Shown piece after piece: positions 12,991 through 26,279 of a stretch of DNA of 64,000 bases. The position numbers were made by a program, and so were the translations under genes. The notes below the pieces were generated by a model. That model had not been told where the DNA came from. It was given only the letters and a program-made list of their open reading frames with translations, and did not search any database. The DNA comes from Camelus dromedarius (taxonomy: Eukaryota), in contig NC_087436.1 of NCBI RefSeq assembly GCF_036321535.1, positions 110,858,001 through 110,922,000 of the forward strand, read 5' to 3'. Positions within the stretch are counted from its first letter, which is position 1. Every line of letters begins with the position of its first letter.

Positions 12991-13429
12991 AGATAGAAAG
13001 TGTGAAGCCATAATATTCTAAGAGTGGTCAACACAGTTGTCAAACTTTCCAAGGATGGCTGAGGGAGCAGAAGTGTGGAGTAAGATGTGAAGCAGACATT
13101 AAAACCAAAAAGGAAATAAGAGTCTGTCTGGGAAGACAGAAAAGTCATGTACCCCCCCCCCCACAAAGGAAGCCTAGGGCTGGTAAATTGGAGATCTAAT
13201 TCTGAAGCAGACTCTGAAGCATCTTTGCTGTTGTACTAGGCTTCTCCTGTCAAGTTTTTAGTGCAAATAAAGAGTCCCACTGATTATCATCTACAGCTTC
13301 ACAGACAGAAGATGCAAGGAGAAATTTTTACTTACGCTCTGAAGCGCACTGCTACCATACCAAGAGAAAGATCTGTGCTCACCTCCTCACCAAAGCGAAT
13401 TATAGACTCTGAAAGTTGTGATTAGCAAG

Positions 13430-13675
13430 AGCACTAGACAGAACTGGAAAATCCAAATTAAACTCCAGCTCTTCAGTCCTCTTGTTTCATGACTCCAGGT
13501 AAGTTGGTCAAAGATCTGGTTGCCCCAGTTTTTTCATCCCCTTGGGCAGGTGAGTAGCCTCAGGTAAGGCTACTCAGATCTACAGAGATGATGTAACTTG
13601 CCTGAGATTACACACCTGGGGCATTCATTTGAATGCTAATCTGTCTGACTCCAAAATCCATGCTGTCAAATTGTT
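13430..13675. mobile_element. Two MIR fragments, + then -
   Basis: 'agagcactagacagaactgg' and 'gtaacttgcctgagattacacacc...ctgtctgactccaaaatccatgct'. Confidence 0.6.
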
Positions 13676-13693
13676 ATGTGTCACCCACACTCT

Positions 13694-14140
13694 TGAGAAA
13701 CTTAGTAAACAAACAGATAGCCAGACCATCGACAGAAAAAGAAAAAAAACAGTGACTGACAACTTCTGCAGCAACCAATCCAAGAAATTAAACCACAACC
13801 TTTGTAGCAATCTGCCCACAATTACTGATCAGTAACTGACAGCTTCCCTAATTTTTGGCCCCCACTTACAACTTAGGACCAACCAGAAAAAGCCAATTAT
13901 GCTTCACCAACTAACAACGCAGGTTGCCCTGCATCCAGATAGCCCACCTTGAGCTTCCTCATGACAACGGCCATCAGTCGAGGCATAACTCAAACCTTCC
14001 TCTTTTTTCACCATACAATTTCCCACTCCTCTGCTTGCCATCTAGGGTTGCCAAACACAAGTGATGATGCTGACTCCTTTGTTATAGCAAGCTCTGAATA
14101 AATAACCTTTGCTTGCTCTCATTTAGGTGGTCTTCATTCA
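13694..14140 (+). mobile_element. ERV1 solo LTR (MER110/MER90-like)
   Basis: 'ctgacagcttccctaatttttggcccc...aacttaggaccaaccagaaaaagcc...aagctctgaataaa'; AATAAA near the 3' end. Confidence 0.6.
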
Positions 14141-14154
14141 TGTGTGAAGGATGT

Positions 14155-14225
14155 TAAGCCCCAGCACCTAGCAGAATGGCAGACACATAGTAGGTGCTCA
14201 ATAAATGTTCAGTGGAATTGAACTG
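14155..14225 (+). mobile_element. L2 3' tail
   Basis: 'cccagcacctagcagaatggcagacacatagtaggtgctcaataaatg'. Confidence 0.8.
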
Positions 14226-15199
14226 AGGTGAACCTACAATACAGTGAAAATAACAGATAATAGTAACTACCTCACTATATTACTATAAGGATTGAATTAG
14301 ATCATCCAAGTAAAAACATTTTGAAAACTGTAATGTGCTGTGGAATCATAAGGTATTATTAAGTCAAAAACAATGTATAATCAGAACCACACAAGAAAGT
14401 AGTAGTATAATGCTGTTTATCCTTCGGATTCTTAATGATGAAAGACTCTTGGAATTATTTCCAGCTTTTGAGTATGAGAATTCAATAGTCAAATGGGAAG
14501 AAATTCTTTCTAGATTCTTTCAAAACAGTTTTAACTAATCAAGGTCTCAGTGGGAGAAATTCTGGAATTCCCAAATCCTCTCTCCCTACTTTGATCAGAC
14601 TCTAAACTATACCTTCTCAATTCTGTCCCTCTGGCTAAAATTACACATCTTTAAATATGCCTGCCTATGCCAGAGCAGGAAACAGAGAGCAGGGGAGTCT
14701 TCTGCCTGGTGTCTCCTGGCTGGCTGGCATTTTTCCTAGGCTTTTGCATTCCTGTGCCCTGAGTAGAGCTCATCTACACGGTTTGATGTTTTCCTCACTT
14801 TCTGACTCACCTGAACTCAAACAGCCCCCTGCCTGGGGCCTGCCTGGCCCTAGAGCCTCTGCCTGGTCCTTCCAATCTGTCCTTGCCCTGGACATCGTAC
14901 TTTGCCTTACCTGCTGGAACTACAGTGCCTGATCTAGTCTCCAGACTCCAAACTCTGAAGGACTGGGACTTTCCTGTCAATGTGGATGACATCCTCAGGC
15001 AAAGCAGAGGACTGAGACTAACTTGCAGGTTGCCTAGAGAGAGCCTTCCTTGGTAACATTATCCGGATAAAGTCATCACAGACCAGGGTCTGTTCCTAGG
15101 TTTTGTATGTAAGAACTCAATTGTTTCTCAAGAGACAGTCATTCATTTCAGAATAGCTTGTACCAAACATACTCACAAGAAAGTAATATAGAAACTAGA

Positions 15200-15430
15200 A
15201 TAGCTGCCATTTCTTTATTGAACCAGACACTGAGCTAAGAGCTTTGTGGACACAATCTCCTTCTGTCTTCACAGCAGTCAGAGGATGCAAATGCAGTTTA
15301 GCTCCATGTATGGGTAAAGTGACTCAAGTCCACAGAGATTATATAACTTGTCCAAGGTTACACATCTGCTGAGTTTTGAATCTGCCTGACTCCAAAATCC
15401 ATGCTATCTGGCACCATTCTATATGCCTTA
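15200..15430 (-). mobile_element. MIR SINE
   Basis: 'ataacttgtccaaggttacaca...tctgcctgactccaaaatccatgct'. Confidence 0.7.
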
Positions 15431-15769
15431 ATTTTCACTAAGAATATAATTATTAGTCAATTGGACCTTGAAAATGGAGTTTGAAAAGTAAATTTGATCC
15501 TTATGGGAAAGCTACACAAAAAGCCAAGTTGTAATTTAGAGTTGACTTGACAAGTTTGGACACTAAGCAAGGGGAGTAAGTTGTGTGATGTAAACTGTGA
15601 GCTACCTGAGGACAAAGAATTGGATTTTTATTTAATATCATGTTCTGATACATGGCTGTTCAATAAATACTGGCTAAATAAATGACAGCATTCACCATAA
15701 TGCTTTGATACACTCTTTTCTACCATTGTAATGCACCCTTGGTGGCAGACACTAATGATTATTCTCATT

Positions 15770-16210
15770 TTTTTCCAGGAAACTGATGGTACACATGCAA
15801 ATTAGGATGATTTAAAGAGAGTTTAATAAAAGCACTATTTACAAACATATGAAAATGGTGGGGGAAAGTGCATGAGCCTGGGCTGTTACAACCCAATAAG
15901 TCTAAAGACATGGGGGAGGGAACAGCCACTGGAACCTAGAAAATGAGTTTGTAAAGAGTGTCATTTAAGAGGACCTATAATCTCTGGTCAAAGACATAGC
16001 TATGTCTGGATAATCTTTTAAGAAGGGAACTGAGGAAATACACCCCGACTTCCCTCTCTTCATTCCCTCCAGCCCCCTTCCTGGACTCCCATTGGCCAAA
16101 CCAAACTGGAAACCAAAATTCCAGGAACTTGATGTAATCCACACAGGACAGCTTCCAGAGCAGAAGGGACAGGAAAGGTTGGATAGTGGATCTAGGAGGA
16201 CAAAACTGCT
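15770..16210 (-). mobile_element. Ancient ERVL-class solo LTR (LTR33-like)
   Basis: 'gagagtttaataaaagcactatttacaaac...cccattggccaaaccaaactggaaacc...ggatctaggagg'. Confidence 0.55.
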
Positions 16211-16259
16211 GTACAATTGCTTACTCGATATCTATTTGCCATGCTTTTTTCCTTTTGAA

Positions 16260-16622
16260 TAGCTCCTCATGACACAATTTTGGTCAATGATATACAAGCA
16301 GAAGTCTGCTTGGAATTTTTGGAAAATTTTTCCTTTCCACATATAGATGCCATTCCTTCTTTCTTCTGCCTTCTGCCTTCTTCCTACATGCAGATAAGAA
16401 GACACAGGAAGAGCAACCATGTTATTACCATGGGGCAGCCATGAAGATGACAGCAGAGGCTGGCAGAGCAGAGACATGGAAGGAGACAGGCTCTCTGGTG
16501 GTAGCAGCCCCAGATGATCCATCACCAGACTTAATATGACGGGAAAATAAATCTCCCCTCAGGTTAATACATGGGAGTCAGATTGCTATTTTACACAGTC
16601 ATACTTAACCTTGACTTGATAT
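16260..16622 (+). mobile_element. MaLR LTR (MLT1J/K-like)
   Basis: 'catgacacaattttggtcaatgatatacaagcagaagtctgc...ggcagagcagagacatggaagg...aaataaatc'. Confidence 0.65.
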
Positions 16623-16969
16623 ACCTTCCAAGCACCCAGACAGGAGCACAGCCAAGCAAGGTCATCCTCTCCCCTGGACAGTATTGGACGCATATACCCA
16701 AATGCTGCATTTCAAAACCTTTTTTTTTTTTTTTCGGTCTTTCTTTGACCTTTGCTCTTCCATCCTCATATTCTGGTATCCTACTGGTTAAGCTATGATC
16801 AGGTTTTGGTAGCCTGCGAGTCATTGTCTCTTTTGAGTAAATTACACGACTGTGTTCTCAGCTGTTATGTTGATTTCATTACTCAAACTCTCAACGTTCT
16901 AGCAATGACTTTCTATGACTGCCTACCATCAAGTCATCTAGGGATAGATAACAAAATATCTACAATCAG

Positions 16970-17640
16970 TAACAGCTAACAATTGTGGAGCATTTACTAT
17001 ATGCCAGGCATATTTCATCCTTTTGTTTCTAGCTTTATTTTTAATCTTATTTTAGGAATCAGAAAACTGAAGCTTGGAGAGGCTATGTTTCTTGGCCAAG
17101 GCTGCCCAGTTAACAAGAGTATCAGCCAGTATTTTAGGCTTGGTGGTCTAATTTTAGAGCCTTCATTATTGCAAAATAATGTATCAGTGGTTAAGGATGC
17201 ATTCTCTGAAGTCAGATTGCCTGACTATTTAGCAGCTATGTGACTGTGGAGTTGATTAACTGCTCTATGCCTTGATTTCCGCATCTATGAAATGGGGATA
17301 GTAATAAGGCACTTTATAAGCATTAAGTAAATCAGTGCACAGTGCTTAACCCAGCACCTGGCACAAAATAGGAATCTGATCACTGCTAGTCCTTATTATT
17401 CTACCACAGGGGCAACATGGTGGCTATGCTCAGACAGATACAATGAGATGGCATCTCTTCAGAGCCAAAATGGAGTGAAGAAAGCACCAAACTGTGTGAC
17501 CTAGGTAGGTCATTCACCATTTCTGAACTCTCTAAAATGTGAATAAAAATCTATGCCTACTTCACAGTGTTTTTGAGTATCAAGTGAGATCAACTTGAGA
17601 AAGGACTCATAACCTTCAAAGCATTGTATAAATATGTCAT
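16970..17640. mobile_element. Cluster of three MIR fragments (-,+,+)
   Basis: 'gagcatttactatatgccaggc...aaactgaagcttggagagg'; 'gatttccgcatctatgaaatggggatagtaat'; 'tgtgtgacctaggtaggtcattcacc'. Confidence 0.7.
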
Positions 17641-17909
17641 TAGATTTCTTACTCATTCAACTATCCCAAGATAATGGGACAATAGAATCACTTTAATTAG
17701 TCCCTTCTGGAGCAGTTGATCTTCTGTAGCATGGAGCTCTTTAAACTAGTCTGATCTCCACTTAACTGCTGGGCTCAAGACATATCTCAGGAATAATGGC
17801 AAGATCTTAACATTCCATGGATCTTTCATTCTGTGGTTGCAATGTTCCTTTCAAAGTCGAGCCTGGAAGAGTCTCAGTTCCCAATGCAGATACTTCAAGG
17901 CATGAGTAA

Positions 17910-18135
17910 TTTAGTCATTCAATATATTGAACATTTTCTTTAGGTCAGACCCTTACTCATTACTAGGGATTAAACAGTAAATCAAAAGGTGATGTATTTA
18001 TACTTGCAGCACAGTCATGAAGACAGACATGAAGACATGTCATTATAATACAATTTACCCGAGGCGAAATTCTGCCTAAGGGAGTAAAGGTTTCTAGGAG
18101 AGGTGACATTTGAGCTGCGATTTGAAGAAGGACAT
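17910..18135 (-). mobile_element. L2 fragment
   Basis: 'cattcaatatattgaacatt...ggagaggtgacatttgagctgcgatttgaag'. Confidence 0.6.
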
Positions 18136-20406
18136 GCAGAGAAGGGATAAGAGAAAGCAGGCAATTCTATAAGCTACCTCTACTGAGATGGCACAGTAAT
18201 GTCTATTGTAGGAAGTTTAAGTCCCTTGTGTGGCCCCCATGCCTCATTAGTCTGGTCTTTCTGATGAAGAGAAGGGCAGAGAGCAAGATGGGGAGTTAGA
18301 GCTAGAAAACGCAAAAAAAAAAACTTCCTACTTAACTGACTCAAGACTATCCAAGGAGCACAGGCCAGGATCCCCCCACCCTATCATTTAATTAAAGATT
18401 GGAGGGAGAGGGGCGAGAGGGAGAGGCCGAGAGAGACATTTGTGTTTCATATTTTATTTGGGTATCTTAGTGTCTTCTTAGATAATTCAAAACAATTTTC
18501 AGTCTTTCAGATTTTCTCCCCTCAGGCCACACTCCAAACTGGCATCAGGGTATTTGAACGGGGTGGGAGGAGTAGAGTTTATATGATCTAATCAGATTCT
18601 TACCCCAGTTTTTCTTAAAGTTAAAAAAAAAACTCATGACTTTAATAGATGTTAAACTAATCAGTACTGCCTTGCAAGAACCTGTATTTGTAAAAAAACA
18701 AACAAAAAACTCTTTAAGGTTCTTTAAAACCTGTTGCTCTAATGGTCAGGTATGTATTATTAAATTTTAAAGATGAGATTCCAGGAGGAAAGTATCTCAG
18801 TAGAAACAAGCGCCTTTTCTCAGATAATCTTGGTCCTTCCAGCTCTGAGGAGAGTTCGCTCAGGAGGGATCTTTATCTGAGGAGCAATGATGAAATTAGA
18901 GATTCAGGCAACCAACAACTTTCAGTGACCTTCACCAAGCTGAGTTCAGGGCAGGCCGCTGAACGCAAAGGTGAGCTGGACCTAAACCCACACTGATGGA
19001 GATCACAGTCTGGAACCCTGAACAACCTGGGATTTCTGTCCCATCTCTCCACCTAAAAACAGTCCTGGATTCTCCATCCCTAGTAAAATCCAAAGCCAGG
19101 TTTCCCAGATACTAACTCTAAGTGACAATTTAAAAGTGCCAAAGCTGAGAACACAGAAGATTCATTTAAACCTACTGTTTTACACTGAATCTACTGGTTT
19201 CAGCAGCACACTACAGACTTTTTATGTGGAGGACTTCTTCCCAAAAGTCTACTTGGCAAGTGTCCCCCATGCCACTTCCCAGCAGGCCCCTTGACCATCC
19301 CAGAGCCTCAGGAAGTTGGTCTTTCTTGTCTGTCACCCCAGCTCCATCTGGCCTTGTGTAGTCAATGCTCTCCCACATGATGCTGCATTCATTCCCCCAG
19401 TGTCATTCCTGTCTTTGAAATCATGCTGCCTTTTAAATCTCAGATTTCTTGTCCATTTCTGGCTATGTCCACCCAACACAAAATGAAGTAGCTATCTGGC
19501 AATTCTCCATTTCTTTGATCTTTGTGGACAACAAAACCAGATCCTTTGATCCAGGAAACCAACTTCTGCTGCATCAGCTATCCTGTTTGACCTTATGATT
19601 GAAATTTATTACATAACCACCAGATCTTCTCTACATAAGGGGACTGATTACATGAGTGAGCAATTCCACTTGAGGCAAAGAAGGATTTTATTACATAGTA
19701 TTTACATTTTTTAAATTCAGCACTTTGAGGACTGTTATTCACATTTGGAAAATTATTATTTGCCTGATATATGATAAATTATCAGATATTCTTGTGAAAA
19801 AATGAACAATTGAATAATTGAAGGAAGGTTTGTGTTTTTAAATTTTAATGCTCAAAAATCACTGTTAAAGTGAACACATAGTTAAAAAAAAACTTGAAGC
19901 AGGATAATGGTAGTCAAATTGGTGTTTTAAAATATGTTCATTTTATTTAACCTTTATTGGCTTCCTAGAAGCAATGTATAATAATCTACAAATCTATAAT
20001 TCACTAAATAGGCCAATGAATGAAACATTCAGATTCAGCCCATCAAACACTCCTATTTTTCTGAACTTAGTATCAAAAATAAGAAAAGTGCTGTCTTTTA
20101 TTGGCCTCCAAATATATGAATTTCATACATATTTATTTTCCCCTCCCAAGTAGACTTTTTACTTGATGAAAACCGAGATCATATCGCCCTGCTTTTTATC
20201 TCCCAATATAGTAGGTGCTCATCAGTACCCCCATGGTTGGCTGTTCATCATACTGATCTCTGTAACTTACAAATACCTCTCCTGCTATATCTACAGCTCC
20301 CAAACTTGCCCACTCACTGAGTTAAGGTAGCACCTAATATATAAGGCCTGAGTGAGGACCCAGGCAATGCAATGGCTCCTGCCTTCAAAAGGTTTACTAT
20401 CTAAGA

Positions 20407-20532
20407 CAATGGTTTTCATGCTTCAGTGTGCATCTAAGTCAGCTTTGAGGAGGGGACTGAGAATTTGCATTTTGCATTCAGTTCCAGGTGATGCAGATGC
20501 TATTCTAGGGACCACACTTTAAGAACCACTGG
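20407..20532 (+). mobile_element. MER5A hAT-Charlie MITE, internally deleted
   Basis: 'caatggttttc...gagaatttgcatt...ccaggtgatgcagatgc...gggaccacactttaagaaccactg'. Confidence 0.8.
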
Positions 20533-20539
20533 CCTATAT

Positions 20540-21166
20540 TTCCTAAAAAAATTTAAAGTAGAACTAACATATGATCCAGCAATCTCATTTCTGGATATAT
20601 TTCTAAAAGAAATGAAATCAAGATCTTAAAGAGATCTGTTCCCATGTTCTTTGAACATTATTCACAATAGCCAAGATATGGAAAAAACCTAATATGTATA
20701 AAGTGGAATATCATTCATTATTCAGCGATGAGAAGGAGGGTCATTCTGTCATTTGCCACAACATGGATGGACCTTGAGGGCATTATGCTAAGTGAAATAA
20801 GTCCGACAAAGAAAGACAAACACTAGATAATATCAATTATATGTGGAATTTAACAAAGCCTAATTCATAAAAAAAAAAAAAAAAAAAGAGAGACTGTAAT
20901 GGTGGTTACCAGGAGCTGTAAGGTGAGGGGAAAAGGAAGATGTTGGCCAAAGAGTATAAACTTCCAGTTATAAGATGAGTAAGTTCTGAGGAACTAGTGT
21001 ACAGCATAATGATTATAGTTAACAATACCATATTGTATACTTGAAAATTGCTAAGGGAATAGATCTTAAATTCCTTATCACAAAAAAAGAAATGATAACT
21101 AAGTGGTGTGACACAAGTGTTTGCTAATGTTACAGTGGTAATCATTTTGCAATACATAAGTGTATC
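20540..21166 (+). mobile_element. L1 3' fragment (L1MA9-like 3' UTR)
   Basis: 'catatgatccagcaatc', 'acatggatggaccttgagggcattatgctaagtgaaataag', 'ccagttataagatgagtaagttctgagga'. Confidence 0.85.
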
Positions 21167-21689
21167 CTGGTGGATTCCTCAAAATTCCTGAAAGAAATTG
21201 GCAAACCAGATGAGAAAGCCAAGAGCCCAGCTGAAAAGCACCCATGTGTCCCTTGTATTCTCAACTTCCAAATAACTGTTATTAAAATCCTGAAAGTCTT
21301 CATCTTGCAAAAATTTAATCAAGCCAGTACTTCTGATGCTTAAAAAAAAAGCAAACAAAAAAAACTTCTTAGTGAAGATAAAGTAGGATGTCTGAATGAG
21401 AACTGAAAAAAACCTATCTTACATTTGAGTGCTTTTCTATTCATTCATAAAGGAACTTGCCAAATTATGCCAAATATGTTTTACAATGCCTTTTACAAAA
21501 TTAGATTTATCTCTGAAAATACATCCTAACTATCAGAAGTGCCATTTACTTCTTTAAAAATCCTATCATATCCTAACTTATAAATTTACACTGACATTTG
21601 TGTAAATGTTTAATCTTTTCAATTTATTAACAATGGCACAAAAAATACAGGATTGTCTTCTCCTCATAAATAATTCAAGCAATACAGAC

Positions 21690-22285
21690 AACATGGAACC
21701 CTCTCTGAGTTTTCCCCTCCTCGGCGCCTCCCTGACTTGGAGGCAAGGACTATCAGTTTGTTTTCAGGCAAACACCTTCCAGTTGTTGTCATTGTTTTCT
21801 AATCAATTTCACACCATCTACTCATAGAAATTTATAATTCTGTTTTTAGTTCTAACATAAATGCTATTATATATATTATTCTACAATTGGCCTTTGCCCC
21901 TTAATATGTTATGGTATTCTTACGAAGTCATTACATGTAGACATACCATGCTTTTTCTAATTTCTGCATAGTATTTCATAGTATGAAAATACATTGTTTA
22001 TCATTTTTACTCCCTTTTTAAGAGACATTTAGATTGTGTCTAATCTTTTATTATTGCTAACAATGCCGTTAGGAACATTCTTGGGCATGCCCTGTTTTGA
22101 ACAGACTCAAACATGGTATTGCTGGGTCTGAAGAGTATGTACATTAAAAAATGTACTTAGACATTGCCAAAGAGCCCTCCTAAAAGAGTGTACCATTCTG
22201 CACTCTCAAAAACAGTGTTTAAATACATCCTTTCCCCCACACTGAATATTATCAAACTCTCCACATTTTGCAATATGGCAGATGT
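21690..22285 (-). mobile_element. Old L1M (L1ME-like) 3' fragment
   Basis: 'gcatagtatttcatagtatg...gacatttagattgtgtc...ggtattgctgggtc...taccattctgcactctc'. Confidence 0.65.
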
Positions 22286-22619
22286 TCAAATCCAGCTTTT
22301 CTATGACTTATAAAAACTACTCTTCAATCCCAATGAATCTTCTGAAGTTAGGCCTTCTTTTAAAACCCTACCTGCTATAGTACACAAACTGTTTTCATTT
22401 GACTTAATCAATATCATTGTCTATTTTTCTCCCTAAAAAAATTCTCCTAAGTAATATAGAGTCCCGTCCTCTCTGCGTTTGAGTTCACCAATATCCTTTT
22501 AAAAAGACATGAACTCCAAAAGGAAATAAATCAAAATATTAATGGTAGTTGCTTTCTGGGTGATAAGTGGTATTTTTTCTTATTTATTATCTTTGCTGTC
22601 TCATCCAGATTTTCTCCAG

Positions 22620-22852
22620 TAACTAATAATTGTGGGGTGTTTACTATTTGCAGGCACTGTTCTAAGCACTTTCTATGTTTTATCTCACTTTATCCTCAAA
22701 ACAAGCATATGAAGTAAATACTACCATTATCCCTGTTATAGACATAAGGCTTAGAGAGGTGAACTAACTTTCTTCAGATCCCACAGCTAGGAAGGATTTG
22801 AGCACAGGCAGGCTGACACCAGATCTCAATCACTGTGCCATACTTCTGCCTA
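22620..22852 (-). mobile_element. MIR SINE
   Basis: 'caggcactgttctaagcacttt...aggcttagagaggtgaactaac...ggatttgagcacaggc'. Confidence 0.8.
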
Positions 22853-23909
22853 TGAGCATGTACTATTTTTATAACCTGAGTAAATAAAATAAGATCTAAA
22901 AATCAGCTGAAAGCAACTATATTTATTAACCAGAAATCAACAGCATTATGACCTGTGAGTTTATTCCTCCCCCTGTGATCTCTCTTATTTATTTCAAAGG
23001 CACTCTTACCTTCCAAGCCACATCAAACCTCTTCTCCCCAGCCTCATCTCTGCCCAAGGATTTAAAGATACAAGCTTCAACAAACTGGAGGTTTTATGGT
23101 CTTTTAATCTCCCTATAATTCATTTTTATCAGCTTTCCTTTGTCTCCTTTGAAGACATCTTGTTCTGTAAAATGCACACTGTAATTTAATTGTTGGCTCC
23201 TCTGTGTGATATTCTTAGCCAGTTTCTGCTCCTTTTTTGAAGCTCCTCAATTCTCGCTCTTTAGCTGATAGTTTATATTTCCTAATATCAGTGGGAATGG
23301 CCCCAACACCCAGCATTGACATACAGTTCCCTCAGCAAAGCCTGTGTTTAGGATTCCAGTTCCTTAGCGCTGGTGACAATGACAGAGAATCGCGGTCAAA
23401 GAACATCAACAGATTGCATTACAATCTGTCAATCCTTCTCTAGAGAAAGGAATTGGCAACTCGTTATATTAAAGAATCGCAATCAAGCATCTGGAATATG
23501 GCAATGCACGTTGATTTTACGTGAACTAATGAGTTTCAGTGATTTATTATCCTGCACTTTTTGACATAATCTTATCCACAATGTCTCTAATACAAATGTA
23601 CATTCTGTCTGAATCACAATTGTTATTCGAGCCACACCTCTGTGAATATTATCTGTTTCAGAGATTTAGCTTTGCAGACTTACATATAGACTTACGCCAA
23701 AGAAAGAATTATGTACTTTTAAAATTTTAATTAACAGAATATCTGCCCTCTTCATTTGCCTCATGCCAGCAGGAAAATTAAGACAGCTTCTTAATAAAAC
23801 ATTTGTGTCTATCTGTGCCCTGTTAAGCAATAACCTCTTCGTTTTCTCACATAGAAAGAGTCAACAATTAGACAAAGCACACAGGCTGGAAAGGCCTGAA
23901 ACTGTCATT

Positions 23910-24102
23910 ATAAAAGTTACAGCTTACTGAGCACTCACAATGTGCTCAGCACTGTGGCTCTATTTTACATGTACTTTTTCATTAAATCTTCCCAATTGTC
24001 CTGTGATATCTTGTTGGTGTATCCATGTCACAAAGAAAGAAAATAAGGCTTCAAGATGAAACAATTTGCACAAAGTAGCTAGTACGTAGCAGAGCTGGGA
24101 TT
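23910..24102 (-). mobile_element. MIR SINE truncated by the adjacent LTR
   Basis: 'ttactgagcactcacaatgtgc...gctagtacgtagcagagctgggatt'. Confidence 0.65.
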
Positions 24103-24104
24103 AT

Positions 24105-24540
24105 CCGTCAGTTAGTTCTGCTGTATAACAAACTATCCCAAAACTTATGGCTCAAAATAATAACCATTTATTTAGTTCATACATCTATAGGTCAGAGATT
24201 TGGACTGGGCTCAAGTGATCTCAACTGGGCCTCACTCATGTCTCTGCAGTCAGCTGCTGGGTCAGCTGTTGGGTCAGTTGGCTGGGGGACCTGGGTTCCC
24301 ATCCATGTGGCTTCCCATTATCCAGAGGGTAGCTCAGTCTCATTCACCAGGCAGCCTCAAGGCTTTTTGCATCACAAGAGAGGACAAGTCGGAACGTGCA
24401 TACACTTTTGATCTTCCGCTTGCATTACATTTACTACTCTCCACTGGCCAAACCCAAGCTCAAAACCATCCCAGATTCAAGTCCGGAGGAGAGAAAGAGA
24501 CTCTACCCCTTGAGAGATCATTTTTGCAGTATACCACAGT
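24105..24540 (-). mobile_element. MaLR LTR (MLT1H-like)
   Basis: 'gctgtataacaaactatcccaaaacttatggctcaaaataataaccatttatttag...ccactggccaaa...cccagattcaag'. Confidence 0.7.
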
Positions 24541-24549
24541 TTCAACCCA

Positions 24550-25010
24550 CATTTTGCTGATCCCAAAACCCACTGTGTGCCTCTCCTGGATTTGTCTGGC
24601 CTCAGATCTAATCCTCACCCCTCCCTCCCACCTGCTCTGCTCTGTGTCACATGGACAATGACTCTTGCAGGCTGTTTCCAGGAATCTGTGAAAGTCAGTA
24701 CAATTTAACAGAAAGACATTCAAAGCCAGGAAGAAAGAGAAGCAGAGTAGACCTTGCCCTCCCTCTCTGCCTCAGGCTACTTGTCCAGCAGTGAGATCCC
24801 CTCTGCACAGAGCTGGCATGGTTTCAGTCTCCACCTCTTCCATGTGTCCCTTCTGCCCAATAAGGGCTTCCTGCCATTGCTAATCTCAAGGTTACCACAT
24901 TACCCATTGACTTTCTAGCCCCTCCATATTGGTTACCTGTGTAACCAATTTTATGCATTAAATTTCCTCTGTTCTAAATATTTAATGATTTCTGTTGTCC
25001 TGGTGGAGTT
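24550..25010 (+). mobile_element. Ancient ERVL-class LTR (LTR16/LTR33-like)
   Basis: 'ctgctctgtgtcacatgg...gtaaccaattttatgcattaaatttcctctg...tttctgttgtcctgg'. Confidence 0.5.
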
Positions 25011-25069
25011 TCCTAGGTGGACTCACTTTGTAAATTCCCTCCTACAATGCCAAGCACTATGGAAGCAAC

Positions 25070-25930
25070 CATATTCATTCACTCAGAAAGCATTTATTGA
25101 GGAACTACTAAGACCAAACACTGGGCTAAAGACTGTTTGCATAGTTGAATAATACCTTACAAAACTAACTCAAAGGAGACTCATCTATGTATAAATAATA
25201 ACCATACAGTAAAGTTCTTAAATGAGGATGTAAATAGATTTTATTGGAAAAGCAGTCAGATGTGATAGGTCAGTGCACAAGTTCTGGGGTCAAATCACCT
25301 AGATCAGGATCTGGGGCACTTTTATTATACATGAAGCAAGTTACTCATACTCTGCTCCCCCCTTGATACAATGGGGGTAATAGCATCAACTCCATTGGAT
25401 AACTGTGAAGATCAAAAGCAATAATACCTTCTTGGAGCTTAGGCCAGTGCATGTCTGGCCCATAATAAGTATTCAAGAAGTGTTAGGTATGACTTCTGGA
25501 GAAACACAAAGGAAGAAACACCCATTTGTTTGGGGAATCAGGGGAGCCTCCCTCAAAAGAGAAAGCCTTTCAGAGGACTCTTGAAAGAAGAATAAGTTAC
25601 CATCAGTTGAAATATAACTTCTCCCAGAGAAGTTCCTTCAAATCCCATCTGAAACTGATTCACCTACCTTCTGACCGCCCTCAGCATTTTGTTTTCATAA
25701 TCCTAGAATAGCAATATCTCATCTTAACTTTAGTCACAGCTATTGATGCATATGCTTTATCTGCCTTACAAAACTGAAAGCTTCTTGAAGGCAAACACTT
25801 GCCCTTCCATCCTTGTCCACCCTGTAAAGCTTAGCACACTGCCTGGCACATAAGTGTCCACCCTGTAAAGCTTAGCACACTGCCTGGCACATAAGTGGCA
25901 CATAAGTGCCAGTTATTAAGTTGTTCACAG
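25070..25930. mobile_element. Mosaic of L2 (-), MIR (+) and L2 3' end (+)
   Basis: 'attcattcactcagaaagcatttattgag'; MIR core near 25.3 kb; 'gcttcttgaaggca...cttagcacactgcctggcacataag'. Confidence 0.65.
25814..25906. repeat. Perfect 41-bp tandem duplication plus an 11-bp partial third copy
   Basis: tgtccaccctgtaaagcttagcacactgcctggcacataag at 25814-25854 and 25855-25895; tggcacataag at 25896-25906. Confidence 0.95.
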
Positions 25931-26279
25931 CTCCAAACCCTCCCTGCTATACTTAATCCATGATGCTGGGATTGAGATTGGAACTGCAACCAAACTTCTG
26001 CTCTAGGGTACACTAGAGGGAGAATGTGAGACTGGGGGAGGGAGGTCACAATTGTACATCTTGTCTCCTTCCTGTTGACACCTGTCTGTTCCCTATTCCT
26101 AGCTTAACAGCACCTTAGAAACACTTCTTCACCTCTGGCAATGCCTTCCTGGAGTAGCAGCTGAATCTAGTTCAGGGTTTTTCCCCCACACTGGTAGAAC
26201 CAGCCTCATCCTGCCACCCCTTCCACTGAGGTCAGAGTCTCAAGTCATTTCAAAACTCTCCTCTAATTTTTTCTTTCTA

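Noticed and set aside
18742..18996. 84-aa ORF in unique sequence with a nearby ag|gtgagc donor
   Set aside because: No recognisable homology and no convincing acceptor or partner exon.
25814..25906. CRISPR-like array
   Set aside because: The copies are adjacent with no spacers, and the context is eukaryotic.
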